Positions 1 through 14,005 of a stretch of 64,000 nucleotides of DNA are shown piece by piece (positions within the stretch are counted from its first letter, which is position 1; each line of letters opens with the position of its first letter). Source of the stretch: the human T2T-CHM13v2.0 reference genome, Homo sapiens; the NCBI RefSeq assembly GCF_009914755.1, contig NC_060928.1. The stretch is one strand, 5' to 3'. Both the position numbers and the translations under genes were made by a program. The notes beneath the pieces are model-generated. The model saw only the letters and a program-made list of their open reading frames with translations, was not told the DNA's origin and did no database searches.

Positions 1-1238
1 TTCGGCTCCCATGGACTTGGGCAGCTTTATCCCTGTGGCTCACCAGGGTACAGCCCCTGTGGCTATTTTCACAGGCTGGCATTGAGTGCCTATGGCTTTT
101 CCAGGTGCATGGTGCAAGCTGTCAGTGTATCTACCTTTCTGGGGTCTGGAAGACAGTGGTCTTCTCACAGGTACACTTGGCAGTGTCCCAGTGGGGACTC
201 TGTATGGGGGCTCCAACCCCACATTTCCCCTTTGCGTTACCCTAGTAGAGGTTGTCCATTAGGGCTCCACCTCTTGCAGCAGACTTCTACCTGGACATCC
301 AGGTGTTTCCATACATCCTCTGAAATCCAGGCAGAGGATCCCAAGGCTGAACTCTTGTCTTCTTTGCACCCACAGGCCCAACACCACATGAAAGCTGCCA
401 AGCTTGAGGCTTGGCACCCTCTGAAGCATCGGTCTGAGCTGTACCTTGGTCTCTTTAGCCATGGCTAAAGCGCCTGGGACACAGGGCACCAAGTACTGAA
501 GCTGCACAGAGCAGTGGGGCCCTGAGCCTGGCCCATGAAGCCATGTTTCGCTCCTAGGCCTCTGAACCTGTGATAGGAGTGGCTCCTGTGAAGGTCTCTG
601 ACATTCCCTAGAGACATTTTCCCCCTTGTCTTTGCTATTAACATTCAACTCCTCATTACTTATGCAAATTTCTGTAGCTGGCTTGAATTCTTCCCCAGAA
701 AATGGATACTTTCTTTTTTACCATATGGTCAGGCTACAAATTTTCCAAACCTTTGTGCTCTGCTGTCCTTTTAAACATAAGTTCCAATTTCAAACCATCT
801 CTGTTTGAATGCATGTACCTAAAGGCTTTCAGAATAAGACAGGTCACATCTTGAATGCTTTGCTGTTTAGAAATTTCTTCTGCCAGATACACTAAATTAT
901 CTCAAGTTTGCAGTCCCACAGATCTGTAAAGCAGGGGTAAAATGCCACTAGTCTCATTGCTAAAGTATAGAATGAATGACCTTTACTCCAGTTCCCAGTA
1001 AGTTCTTCATCTCCATCTGAGACTACCTCCGCCCAGACTTCATTGTCCATATCAGTATCAGCATTTTGGTCAAAACCATTCAACAATTCCCTAGGAAATT
1101 CCAAACATTCTCACACCCTCCTGTCTTCTTCTGAGCCCTCCAAACTGTTCAAACCTCTGCCCATTACCCAATTCCAAAGTTGCTTCCACATTCTCAGTTC
1201 TCTTATAGCAATGTCCCACTACCTCAGTGCCATTTCTC
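1..1238 (-). mobile_element. MaLR (THE1/MST) internal region
   Basis: Typical MaLR-int sequence (minus-strand PRDLLNGFDQNADxDMDNEVxAEVVSDGDEELxGNWSKG-like peptide), abutting the LTR. Confidence 0.9.
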
Positions 1239-1601
1239 TGCATTAGTTCGTTTTCACACTGGTATAAAGATTCCACCTGAGACTGAGTAATATATACACA
1301 AAAGATGCTTAATTGACTCACAGTTCTGTATGGCTGGGGAGACCACAGGAAACTTACAATCATGGCAGAAGGCAAAAAAGAAGCAAGTACCTTCTTCACA
1401 AAGTGGAAGGAGAGAGAGAGAGAGTGAGCAGGGGAAATGTCAAACAACCAGATCTCATGAGAACTCCCTCCCTATCACAAGAACAGTATGTGACAAACCT
1501 CCCCCATAATACAATCAACTCCTACCAGGCCCCTCCCTCGACCTGTGGGGATTACAAATCGAGAGGAGATTTGGATGAAGACACAGAGCCAAACCATATC
1601 A
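1239..1601 (-). mobile_element. THE1D/MSTA-type LTR (5' LTR of the element)
   Basis: Minus strand begins TGATATGGTTTGGCTCTGTGTC; ends ...CTAATGCA. Confidence 0.88.
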
Positions 1602-1724
1602 CCTACAAAGGGAATGGCAGCCCACAACGACAAAATGACACCTGTGTCTGTCTTTCAGTACATTCAAACTCAATGATTCAAGAAGCTGATACCCTCCACT
1701 CTGGAATGAATAAATGATTGAATG

Positions 1725-2005
1725 ATTGGCTCAGAACTTAGAGAATTTGTTAAGAGAAGTCCCATGGGGACTGAGTAGCTGCAGACTTGACTACTGCCCC
1801 ACAACTAAAAGATAAGCCAGTAAATCAGCAATAATGTCAACTGCAGCTATACCTGACATCTTACACCAACATTCCCAGCATAATGGCTCTTCTGAATTTT
1901 ACCCTAATTTTTTATGGTGAACTCTAACACAGAACCAGACAGGGATGGGAATTCTGGGAAATGTTCTTGCAGCTTAGCTAAGTTGACAGAACATAAAACA
2001 CCACA
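1725..2005. mobile_element. Old ERVL-type LTR fragment
   Basis: gaattctgggaaatgt...gcttagctaagttgaca motif; subfamily not resolved. Confidence 0.4.
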
Positions 2006-2109
2006 CCGCATTGCCTCTCACTAGGACTATTGCAGCAGTCCCCTAGCTGATTTGCCTGCCACCATCTCCCTCCCTCCCTACACATTCTTCACACTCTCTT
2101 TAGTGTTAT

Positions 2110-2329
2110 CTCCAAAAACTCCAAACAATATTTCCATTTCAAGATGAGTTAAACTTCTCTGCTTCCCATCTTCCAAAGCAAAGAAATATGAGAAGTTTTT
2201 AAAAGTACATTTCTGATGTCACTAGGCCGGACATCTATAGGATATCACACGAGACACAGTGCAAATGAATTTGTACTCTGGGAAGTATCCATGTGCTTAT
2301 AGCTCAAAAAAATCCAAGGAAGAAGTCTT
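2110..2329 (-). pseudogene. Exon remnant, 3' end unresolved
   Basis: tccattctgttcctAG| phase 1 DFFLGFF*AISTWILPRVQIHLHCVSCDIL*... Confidence 0.35.
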
Positions 2330-2479
2330 CTAGGAACAGAATGGACACAATTTCACAGTTGCAGAAACTGAGAGAGATGGATTGACTGTGGAAGTGTCAG
2401 AAGAGGCTGGGTTTGGAAAAGAAAATTGATCAGTGCCAGCAGGGCCTTGAGATGAAAGCAGCTGGATAACTGGGCTCAC

Positions 2480-2608
2480 CTCCAAGTCCAGGCAAATGGC
2501 TAAGAATAGTGCAGCAAGTGCTGTTAAGTTATAAAGGAGCACTATTGTAGGTGACTCCAAATGATTGACTTTTCTCTCTGAATGAGTCAGTACCACCCTA
2601 AGTTACTA
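2480..2608 (-). pseudogene. Exon remnant, 129 nt
   Basis: ttttttccttgtatttgtAG|tag ... GAG|GTGAGC. Confidence 0.55.
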
Positions 2609-3109
2609 CTACAAATACAAGGAAAAAAATTCTGTACTTTGATGACTTTCTCATCTGCAGCTCCAGGCATAATGGCCTCTTCTTTTAGACAACTAAAGTT
2701 CAAACCTTATATGGTAATCACTGAGCTCCAACAGAGGAGATCATACTGGAACAGAGGGGAGGGGCAGGACAATGGCACAAGGAATGAGTCCAAAAGCACA
2801 TGCAATGATCCTGGTATGTTCAGAATCTTAAGTCGAGTGCTGGATTCATGTTTTAAAAGTTTTTATGGTTCATAATTTTATAAATATGTGGCATGCATTT
2901 CTTGCATGATTCAAATGTTATATAAAAAACAAATTTGAAAATAAAAAAGAATAAAAAGGAGTTGGAAAGTAAATGTGAACTTAGAGATAATAAAAGTCAA
3001 AATAAAGGAAAATCATCATGCAAACATGATCTTGTATTTTTCCAAGATAGTTCCAGTTTTCACCTCTCAATGTAATTATTAATAGTATAATACTGCCCGT
3101 TTCACCTCA

Positions 3110-3539
<430 letters not shown>

Positions 3540-3572
3540 TTAATCAGGCAAGCCCTTAAAAACGACATGGCT

Positions 3573-3881
<309 letters not shown>

Positions 3882-5070
3882 TCATAGCACTCTTCTTGGA
3901 GAAAAGATTTGAAATGTGACAAGGACTTGATGAAAGAGAGATATCCCACTGCTTGTTTGAAGACAGAGAGCCATGTGGTAAGTAATGCAATCACACATTA
4001 GCCCCTGTCTGACAGCCAGCAAAAAACTGCAACTTCAGTCTTACAACTACAAAGAACAGTATTTTGTCACCACCATGTTATCTTGGAAGAGAACCCTAAA
4101 CTCCAGACGAGATTGCAGCACAAAACAACAACTTGATTTCAGCCTTGTAAGACCCAGAGCGTGCTACGCTTCTGACCTACAAGAGCTGTGAGCTAGCAAG
4201 TAAGTATCTATAGCCGCTATGTTTATGGTGATTTGTTACACAGCAATTGAAAACAAATGCATTTACTCTAGCAATAATTGAATATTCAAATGTTAGTTTG
4301 AAGCACTACGGTATGAGAAAAAGTGGCAAGAAATAAACTTTAAGGTAAATAGAAAAGTACCAATTTTTAAATTATCATCAATCAAGTTGCTAAGGCAAAC
4401 TTGAGTCTGGCAAAATATTAGGGTATATACAAGAAGCAAAGATCTTTCTGAGAACTAAAAACTCTTAAACCAAAGTTGGTGATAAACAACCACAATGATT
4501 TACTTGCAAATATGACAACATCACTTGTTTCTTTCTTTTCACTCCTTTACCACTTGGTTGCTATCTCTCCTGAAGTAACTATTACATAGTATTTATATTA
4601 ACTTTTTGAATGACCATTTTCCTCATGGAACTATAAGACCTTCAAAAGCAGGAACTATTTTATATACCTGGTGCTTGTGCTGTCGAAAGGAACACATAAA
4701 ATAGATGCTTCTTAAGTGCTTATTGATGTGTTGAAATATAAAGTACATTAAGAGAATAAAGAAATGAGAGAAGAGACAACAATAATGACTTGATTGTACT
4801 ATTGACATGGCCATTACTTTTGTCTGCCCAGAGTTTTTCCTCATGGGTTCTTCCTTCTGTTTGTGACATTCCATTGTCTTGCACGTGCAAAACCAGGCTG
4901 GTCTAATTACAAACCAGTAGCCCTACCTGTGATCACAGGCCAAGGGATGGACTCCTGACTCAAGGTTAATTGAGCTTCACAGACTGTTTCTCTTGGGTAT
5001 TTGGAACCTGAGTGGAGACAACACAACTGAGGGTTGTTAGAGACTAGTTACTATAAGTCAGTTCCTTAGT

Positions 5071-5710
<640 letters not shown>

Positions 5711-7044
5711 CAAACATAAAGATTTCAAGAAAAGCTCCACAGGGTCCTGCCACTGAGTCCCCCCAGCTGTCTGATGCTTCTCCTCCAAGTGCTTTGATTT
5801 CTACCAATCCCTCAGGAATGTTTTCAGCTAATCCCTTTTTTGAACATTTTTTTTTATTATTACTAAAATTAACCAAAGTTGCTTGTGTATAACTATGCCT
5901 GAAAGATACCAATGTACACTCAACTCGACAAGTGCAAACATTTTATCTTTGACTTAGTATAAAGAAAAGAACTATAAATTTGTAGTTAGAATATGACTTT
6001 TCTAGTTTAAAAGAAAATCATGTCTCAAGATAAAGTATGTAAAAATAGTTTAAAGAACACAATTCACCATTGATTTTGGTATTGCACATAACTGTAAAAA
6101 TACTAAAAGTAGCAACTGTGTCCAACAACTTTTACCTCCAAGATTTCATGACATTTTGAATAGATATATTTTGGAAGTAAAAGGTTTATAAAGAAATGAA
6201 AGAAAAATCTCCTCAGGCTGTCAGAGCAAGTTTTCAGGTACAAATAAGTTCACTAGGTTCCTATGTTATTTTATGCAGCTCCAAGTTGAAAAATAATTCT
6301 AGATGATAAAGATAATTTGAACCTAATACTAACTTTAATACCACACTAACTAATTGCATACAATTTTTTTAGTCAACTTGATTTTGGAGGTGCATTACTG
6401 AAAGCACCTGTACAATTCAGTCAGGTATATGGCTATTTTAGCTTGTCTATCTCTTGGTTCCACTAGGTATGTGTAGACCAGAAATAAGCTCTCCAGCTGC
6501 AGATAAACATCAGTGACAGGGCATAAGAATCAATCCTGTTAATGTTGTCTCCCGAAATAAGTATTCATATCTATCCATACATACATCAGTTTTGGGGGTG
6601 AGAGAGGGTTTCTTAATATCACCCAAATAATAATATAAATGCTTCAGCATATCTATAGTAATTATGAAATGCTTATAGTATTAAAATTACTTTTAATATT
6701 TTAATTTTGTGAAAACCATCAACTGGTAACTGCACACTATCTAAATGACAAATATCAGGGAGCTGTTTACCACTGACAATGTCAGTGACCTGTTATTCAC
6801 TTTGAGTCACAGATGGATGATTTGATGTGTCATTTGAACCTTTGTCTTTCTGTAACTGATTTTAAGTCAAAAAACAAACAACAGTAAATATATATTAGCA
6901 ACATGAGGAATACTTGAGTATACTCAATTCTTTTAGGTCAATCCACTGACTGTTAGCATCTAGGAGTATTATTTTTTTTTCCATCTGTGAGGTTTTCATG
7001 CTCATGACTTCTCCATTCTTATACTTTTGCATAAGTAGATTTAC

Positions 7045-7214
7045 TCTCCCGGAGGCTAAGAATTATCCTTCCAGCTTAAATTTTTCCAAAGGCCTTTGAT
7101 TCGGTTCATCCTTTTCTTCACAGCTATGAGATGGCTGAATCTAAGGCAACACTCTGATGCCTTAGCTTTAATTACAAAATGGATGTATGCCTGGATACAC
7201 ACACACTGAGCTGC
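7045..7214 (-). pseudogene. Exon remnant, ~170 nt
   Basis: cttattttttttcttcaAG| AAQCVCIQAYIHFVIKAKASECCLRFSHLIAVKKRMNRIKGLWKNLSWKDNS*; donor GA|GTAAAT. Confidence 0.5.
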
Positions 7215-7589
7215 CTTGAAGAAAAAAAATAAGATTGTGAGGTCCCCTTTAAGCACCTCTGGAAGATCATTTAAATGGCTGTCATTTCTACTTTTTCAGC
7301 TTGTTCATCAAATTAGGAAAATATTTGAGTGAGAGAATTAAATCCGTATTTATCTTCATACTTTCAAAATGACCATAGGCAGCATTAAATGACTTTTAAT
7401 TTTTTCAGGAAAATATGCATATGGATATTTTCATCTGAAATTTTCTGTTGTTGTTGGCAAATTTCAAAATTAGACCATGTATATTTATTTAGACAAGTTT
7501 TGGTTGTTTCACATCAAATCATGTTAAAGGGATTAAAATTTAAAAAAGCATAGCTGTGCTTGGCAATGCCCACATTATGAGCGACTCAC

Positions 7590-7980
7590 ACATAATAATT
7601 GTGTATATACAAATAACTATTTCCAAAATTCCTCTTACTTCTTCAGTCACTCAAAGGTCACTCTACTTCCAGTCTCGCTGTGCCTGGGGACTCTTGGAGC
7701 ACAGTGATGCCACTTTCTTGGCCTGCCTTGCAAACTCTCTGACCAACCATTTAAAGTTTTCTTTTTCAGCCTTTTCTTTCATCAAAGAAATAGATGGTTT
7801 ATACAGAAATTTGTTGAGTTTCCCATTCTGCCTATTATCATTTACAACTTAGTAATGTCTACCTTAAACAGGAATTTAGCATGGACAGAGTCATTCATTC
7901 TAGTTAACTTGATTTTTGTGGTTCATTAGTGAAAATACCTACACATTCAGTCAAGCATTTGGCTATTCTATCCAGCTTTT
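7590..7980 (-). pseudogene. Exon remnant, ~391 nt
   Basis: tgttgcAG| ... T|GTGAGT; includes KENFKWLVREFARQAKKVASLCSKSPQAQRDWK*SDL*VTEEVRGILEIVICIYTII. Confidence 0.45.
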
Positions 7981-8084
7981 CTGCAACATATAGACCTGGG
8001 ATATGCTCTCTGGTTGCATATATTCTATTTATAGTTATGTAATATATAGATATTTATACATTTATATAAAGCCTATAATGATCT

Positions 8085-8310
8085 GAAGGTTAAGTGGGTA
8101 CACTCTGAAGCTAGATTACCAACATTTAAATTGTGATATAACCAATTGCTAAGAGTGTAAAATTGAGAAAGTTATTTAATTGCTTTTGTCCTCACTTTCC
8201 TCTTTTGTGAAATGAAGTACCTATCTTATGGTACAGTTATTTTACACATGGAGAGAACCTAGAACAGGGCCTGGCAGATAGTTTGTACTCAATAATTATT
8301 TCACTATTAT
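8085..8310. mobile_element. MIR fragment
   Basis: cctcactttcctcttttgtgaaatg...gaacagggcctggcagatag core. Confidence 0.55.
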
Positions 8311-8361
8311 TGTCCTTTTTAGCACCTTAATTTCTTCCCTGAGATTTCCTATTAGGTATCT

Positions 8362-8580
8362 CATATATGCGTGTGTGTGTTTGTGTGCGTATATTTATGT
8401 ATATATGTAATGATTTTATGTATATATATGATTCATATGTATACACATATATGCATATATATGTGATGACATATATATGTGTATATATATATATGTGATG
8501 ATTCGATGGTTAAGTGGGTAGACTCTTGAGCTAGATGTGTGTGTGTGTGTATATCTATATATACACACATATATATGAGA
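8362..8580. repeat. (TA/TG/CA)n mixed microsatellite
   Basis: Alternating purine-pyrimidine tract. Confidence 0.85.
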
Positions 8581-9089
8581 TCTATAATAGAAGAAATAAA
8601 TGGTTCACCCTTTGCGGAAAATAATTTTAAAAAACAGGCCATAAACCAATTGAAAGCCCTCAAATATGCCCTTTTAGAAATGTTGCCATAGTATCCATCT
8701 ACCTCTTTATCTTTCTACATCTTCTCTCAAATTCAAAATAGCAATATTATTTAATTCATTTATTTTTGTTTATTTGTATTAAAACACTTTGTTTTTCTAC
8801 TTTTTTTTAAAAAAAAGTGTTGTATTTATACTGTGGGTATAAAGTTGCCCAAGTAGTTTTTGATCCTTAATGAAAAAAAAAAAAAAAAGTTTCAGCCCCC
8901 TCACATAAAAGGCAACCCAGCTAAGACTCTTAACACAATGGCCCTGGACCTCACCCCCACACCTCAGTAAATTTACCAGCTTTTCTTTGCTGATCCTGGA
9001 TTCAGCTAAGTTCAAGGTTTCCCACTTAAGGAATCATTGGCACCTGCACCTTCCTTGCACACCCGCTGCTATTCCAGCCTTCACTCAAC

Positions 9090-10030
9090 TCTAAGACAGC
9101 ACAGCCTGAGGGTCATCTTTGAATCCTTCCTTCTCATCATTTCTCATGTTCAACAGGTTCCACTGAGTCTGCAATCAAATCCTTTCACTTGTCTTCATCA
9201 TCACTGACATCATCCTAGAACAGGATTCCCACATGTGCCTCCTGGAGTTTCCCTAACTCAACTCCACATACCCAAGCTCTTCACCATCCAATGGATTCTT
9301 CATAATATCAGCAGAGTAATCATTCTGAAATACTTCTTATTACTCCACAGATTATAAGCTTTCAATGACTTGGAATAAGAGTAAAAACTTTTAACAAAAC
9401 TGATTGCATTCATGGGGCCCTTTACCTTTCTAGTCTCATAGCACTATAGCCTTGCCAACAAATTTTTTGTGTAGTTCTTCTAATATACAATAATCTCTCA
9501 GACCTTTCCTTCTTTTGCTGGCAAAACTGTTGTCTTCTACCCCCTTTTCTATTGAATCCTTTTTTAAGAAACCACCCGGCTCTTACTCATCTTTCCCTTC
9601 TTAATTTAAAAGGTTTGTCCTCTACACCAGGGGTCCCCAACCCCTAAGCTGCAGAATGGCCACACAGAAGGAGGTGAGTGGCTGGGCAAGGGAGCCTTAC
9701 TGCCTGAGCTCCGCCTCCTGTCAGTTCAGCCAAGGCACTTGATTTTCATAGGAGCAGGAACCCTATTGTGAACAGCACGTGGGAGGGATCTATGTTGCCT
9801 GCACCTTAGGAGAATCTCACTAATGCCTGATGATCTGATGGTAACACTGAAGCACTTTGCTTTTCCTCATTCAGACAACTTGTTACTCCATCTTGTAATT
9901 TTTTTTTGCTTAAAAATACCGTTCATACTCCCCTCCTCAATGTAAGCTCTGTGAGGCTAAGACATATTTTAGAAATAAATGCATAGTTTACTCCCTTGTG
10001 TATTGAGTAGTGTTTAAGAATGAAGAACAA
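9090..10030. mobile_element. Degenerate L2 fragments
   Basis: Pyrimidine-rich L2 3'-like motifs (tgtaagctctgtgagg). Confidence 0.45.
9628..9842 (+). mobile_element. MER1-type hAT DNA transposon fragment
   Basis: Starts caggggtccccaacccc; gagctccgcctcctgtcag...aaccctattgtgaac. Confidence 0.8.
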
Positions 10031-10768
10031 TAATTATCTATTACATTGAGCATATTTATTAGCCTTCCAAGATTTCATAGAATAACAGTATACAACTGCA
10101 AAAAGTAAGGAAAATAGGAAGGGGATTCATCAGCAAATACATCTCAATACATTTTTTTGAAGAAAGAAAGACAATTGAAGTGTGCTCTCTGATAAAATAA
10201 AGAGAAAGAAATTGCATCCCAGAATATGCTTTTAGGGGCCTGCATCTAAGGTAAAAGTAAACTTGTCCATTGGAACCCAGGAGAAGATCCCACCTCAGAA
10301 TCAGCTAGTATTATAGAAGGTGGGATTGACTGAACATCTATAAGGCACTGCTGGTTCAGCCACATTTTGTGCTGAGAACATCAACCCCAGCAGTATCTAT
10401 ACCTAGGCAAAAAAAAAAAAAAGCGTATATCTCTTCTATAAATTAATTTTTTGAAGATGGAGGAATCTCTCTGACTTTTCAAATGGGCATTGTCACCCCA
10501 GATTCATATGTTGGGCCCAGCTATAGGAGGCTGTCACCACATCCTCCTATCCAAAATAGAATCTGACAGTGGACTTAATTTGCTTGAGAATACAGGGATC
10601 CTCATCAATCATCTTCTACTCAACTGTCCTTATCAGGAAACAGAGAGCAGAAGAAGAAACATTTGGAAAAAATAATCCTGTTCCTCAACCTTCAACATAA
10701 ATGGACAACTAGTATATTCAAAAATGGAACAGTTTGAAAGAGAAAGCCAAAAATAAACAGATAATTGA

Positions 10769-11323
<555 letters not shown>

Positions 11324-11715
11324 TGATATTATGAAAAAGGAAAACATGGAAACAAAAAATTACAATATATCTTAATTGGAAATTAAAACATATAAAACTG
11401 CTAAAATAATTTTAATATAAGTAATCGTAGCTACAAATTCTGTCAAATTGTTTTTCCATTCCCAAGGGCTCTCCCATCAGCAAACATTTCACCCTTTCCC
11501 ATTATGGAGAAGCTCTGGGTGTTCTAGTTCAGGACACCATGAGAAACTCTATTTCATTACATGTCAACTCATGTCAACCCATTGGCTCAGAGGTTGACTC
11601 ATAAAATGCTGTTTACTACATCCATTTAATTGTTTTCAATGATTCATTTTAAGAATTCCATTTTTGCTATTTGTGGATTTACAAGTCTACTATTACATAG
11701 ATGTGGTTGTCTTAC

Positions 11716-11795
11716 CTGAATTTAAATGTCCATGATTGCTTTCAAGAAATCTGCCTATGTATCTGAGTCCTTTAATATGGAGTCTAAGAGAACTT
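11716..11795 (-). pseudogene. Exon remnant, 80 nt
   Basis: tctcttctctAG| ... CAG|GTAAGA; VLLDSILKDSDT*ADFLKAIMDI*IQ. Confidence 0.55.
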
Positions 11796-11892
11796 CTAGA
11801 GAAGAGATTTAAAATGCAAATAGCCCTAGAGGTAGTACAAATATTAATACATTCTCAATAAGATATAAAAAAAAGAATTCCATTTTTGTTAC

Positions 11893-12670
11893 CTGCCTGC
11901 TTTTGTGATTCCATGTTTATTTAAATATTTCATATACAGCTTTTTCCATATTCTGATCCTAACATGTCCAATATCTAAAGTACTTACAGGACTAAATCTG
12001 TTGCTAAAGGTTTCTGTTGATTGTCATTAATAGCAGCTTGTCTCCTCCAGTGCTTGGTGATCGTTGTGAGTTCTTTGAGATTGAAAATGTGCTGGACTCT
12101 TGAAGAACTAGAGTTGAGATGCTTTTTCTGTATCTGCACATAGCTAGAGGTTGCCATAAACCTGGCATAATTTCAGTCACCCACTAGAGTGGACAAGAAA
12201 GTCTCAGGCTCAGATCATTCACTGTTAACTGGTCCATTTCTGGATGCCAGTATTTCTTTGAGCAACTATTGGAGCACTTCTGCCTCCCATTTCCCAGTGG
12301 ATACTATTCTCAGCTCTGGACCTGTGCACTTCGTTTGGTTGGTTAGTTGGTTGATTGTATTTGGAGGTAGTATTAGGAATTGTCCTGAGAGAGGAGAATG
12401 TGATCTATGCAGGATCTAGTTGTTTGTAGGAGAAGAGTACTCCAGAGCCTCCAGTCCACCATATTGTCAGAAGTAGATGTTTATTCAGCTCAATTCTTAG
12501 TATATTCAACATTTCACATCCTAGATGTGCTGTTCCTTGTCCATATCATGTCATTCTGCTGGATGGAGTTATTCCCCTTCTCTTTCCTTAGTATCACCAA
12601 CTCTAAGCCAAAAGGAAGTAATGAAGAGGATTTCTCATCATAAGGTAGGACCACAAACCATTCCTTCATC
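11893..12670 (-). pseudogene. Large exon remnant, ~778 nt (internal structure uncertain)
   Basis: cttcactccttAG| phase 2 MKEWFVVLPYDEKSSSLLPFGLELVILRKE...; donor CAG|GTAACA. Confidence 0.45.
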
Positions 12671-12770
12671 CTAAGGAGTGAAGCACCTCTCTCTTCAACT
12701 TGAACCACCTTCTTATCTGGCTTGACATATCCCCAAATAGCTCTGTTCTTTCTGCTGCAAATCAGCTTAC

Positions 12771-12866
12771 CTTCTCTTTTCCAGGGCATAGGTCAATAAC
12801 ATGCTTTGTCTTTGAATATAATTATATAGAAATATCCATCAGAGATTTATGAGACATACAAAATGT
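12771..12866 (-). pseudogene. Exon remnant, 96 nt, acceptor apparently mutated AG to GG
   Basis: ttctctttttttcttGG| ... AAG|GTAAGC; phase 2 to 2, HFVCLINL*WIFLYNYIQRQSMLLTYALEKR. Confidence 0.6.
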
Positions 12867-13190
12867 CCAAGAAAAAAAGAGAAATGAACCAACAGTGCTA
12901 TTTTGGGGGCTGGGGTGGGGTCACGTTTATGTTGAATATTTAATTCTATACAGCTTTCAGACTGATAAAGCATGTGTCCTTTTCAATTCAGATTTACAGT
13001 GGGTCTATTCACATTTTTTCAATGAAGATACAATTTCAAAGCTCAGCTTATTCTTAAAGAAAAATGACATTATTCCTTTAAGTTCCACTGGTTTATTAGA
13101 CTGATACCTCCTGACTTGATATATCAAATGATAAAAGACCACAAGAAAAAGATCTGTGACATAAGGAATTTCCCAGGCTCTGTTTATTAC

Positions 13191-13250
13191 CTAAAATATT
13201 TTGGCTAACAAAGCTGAATAGATTCCCTAAGTTCATTGTGTTTCAAAAAC
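13191..13250 (-). pseudogene. Exon remnant, 60 nt
   Basis: atctttatAG| ... TAG|GTAATA; phase 2 to 2, FLKHNELRESIQLC*PKYF. Confidence 0.55.
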
Positions 13251-13629
13251 CTATAAAGATACCTTGAGAAAAATATGTGCACACATTATGTTTATATGAG
13301 CTAGAGTATTTAATATCTCAAGCAAAGGGTATTTATGAATGATAAAGATAACCAAAAAGAAATGCTGAAATCATCCAATATATTATATATTTTTCCTATA
13401 GAATAACAGCTGTTAGAAAATACACTTAAAAGAAAAGTATTAATCACGGTGAAAGTGTACAAGCATAGATGAAAAAGGTTAACATATTATTCATCATATC
13501 ATTTTACATATGATATATTATTTCACACTTGATTGAACTTTTCTTCAACAAAAATTTTCACTGAAATCTCTCAAAATAAGATTATTTGATCAGATTTTAA
13601 GATTATTTAAATTAACATGTATGCTTTAC

Positions 13630-13663
13630 CTTATCATGCCAAGATTAGGAAATAGTTTAATAT
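13630..13663 (-). pseudogene. Exon remnant, 34 nt
   Basis: Phase 1 to 2, IKLFPNLGMI; AAG|GTAAAG. Confidence 0.45.
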
Positions 13664-13702
13664 CTTTCAAGCCAAAACCAAAATACAGACAAATATTAAA
13701 GG

Positions 13703-14005
13703 TTTGCTGCAACATGGATGGAACTGGAGGCCATTATTTTAAGTGAAACAACTCAGAAAAGAGAAAATACCACATGTTCACACTTATAAGTAAAAGCTAA
13801 ATAATGTATATGCATAAAACATCAGAGACTTGGATGGGAGGGAAGCTGGGAAGGAGGTAAGGGGTGAATAATTACTTAATGCAAAAAATATACATTATTT
13901 GGATGATGGTTACATTAAAAGCCCACACTTCATCGCATGCAATATATCTATATAACAAAACTGAACTCATACCCCTTAATTTATACAAATAAGTAAGATA
14001 AAAAT
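13703..14005 (+). mobile_element. L1MA/L1PB-type 3' end
   Basis: gcaacatggatggaactggaggccattat... Confidence 0.75.

Noticed and set aside
40-1717. Cluster of 60-134 aa ORFs
   Set aside because: They lie in the MaLR internal region and LTR; degenerate retroelement sequence.
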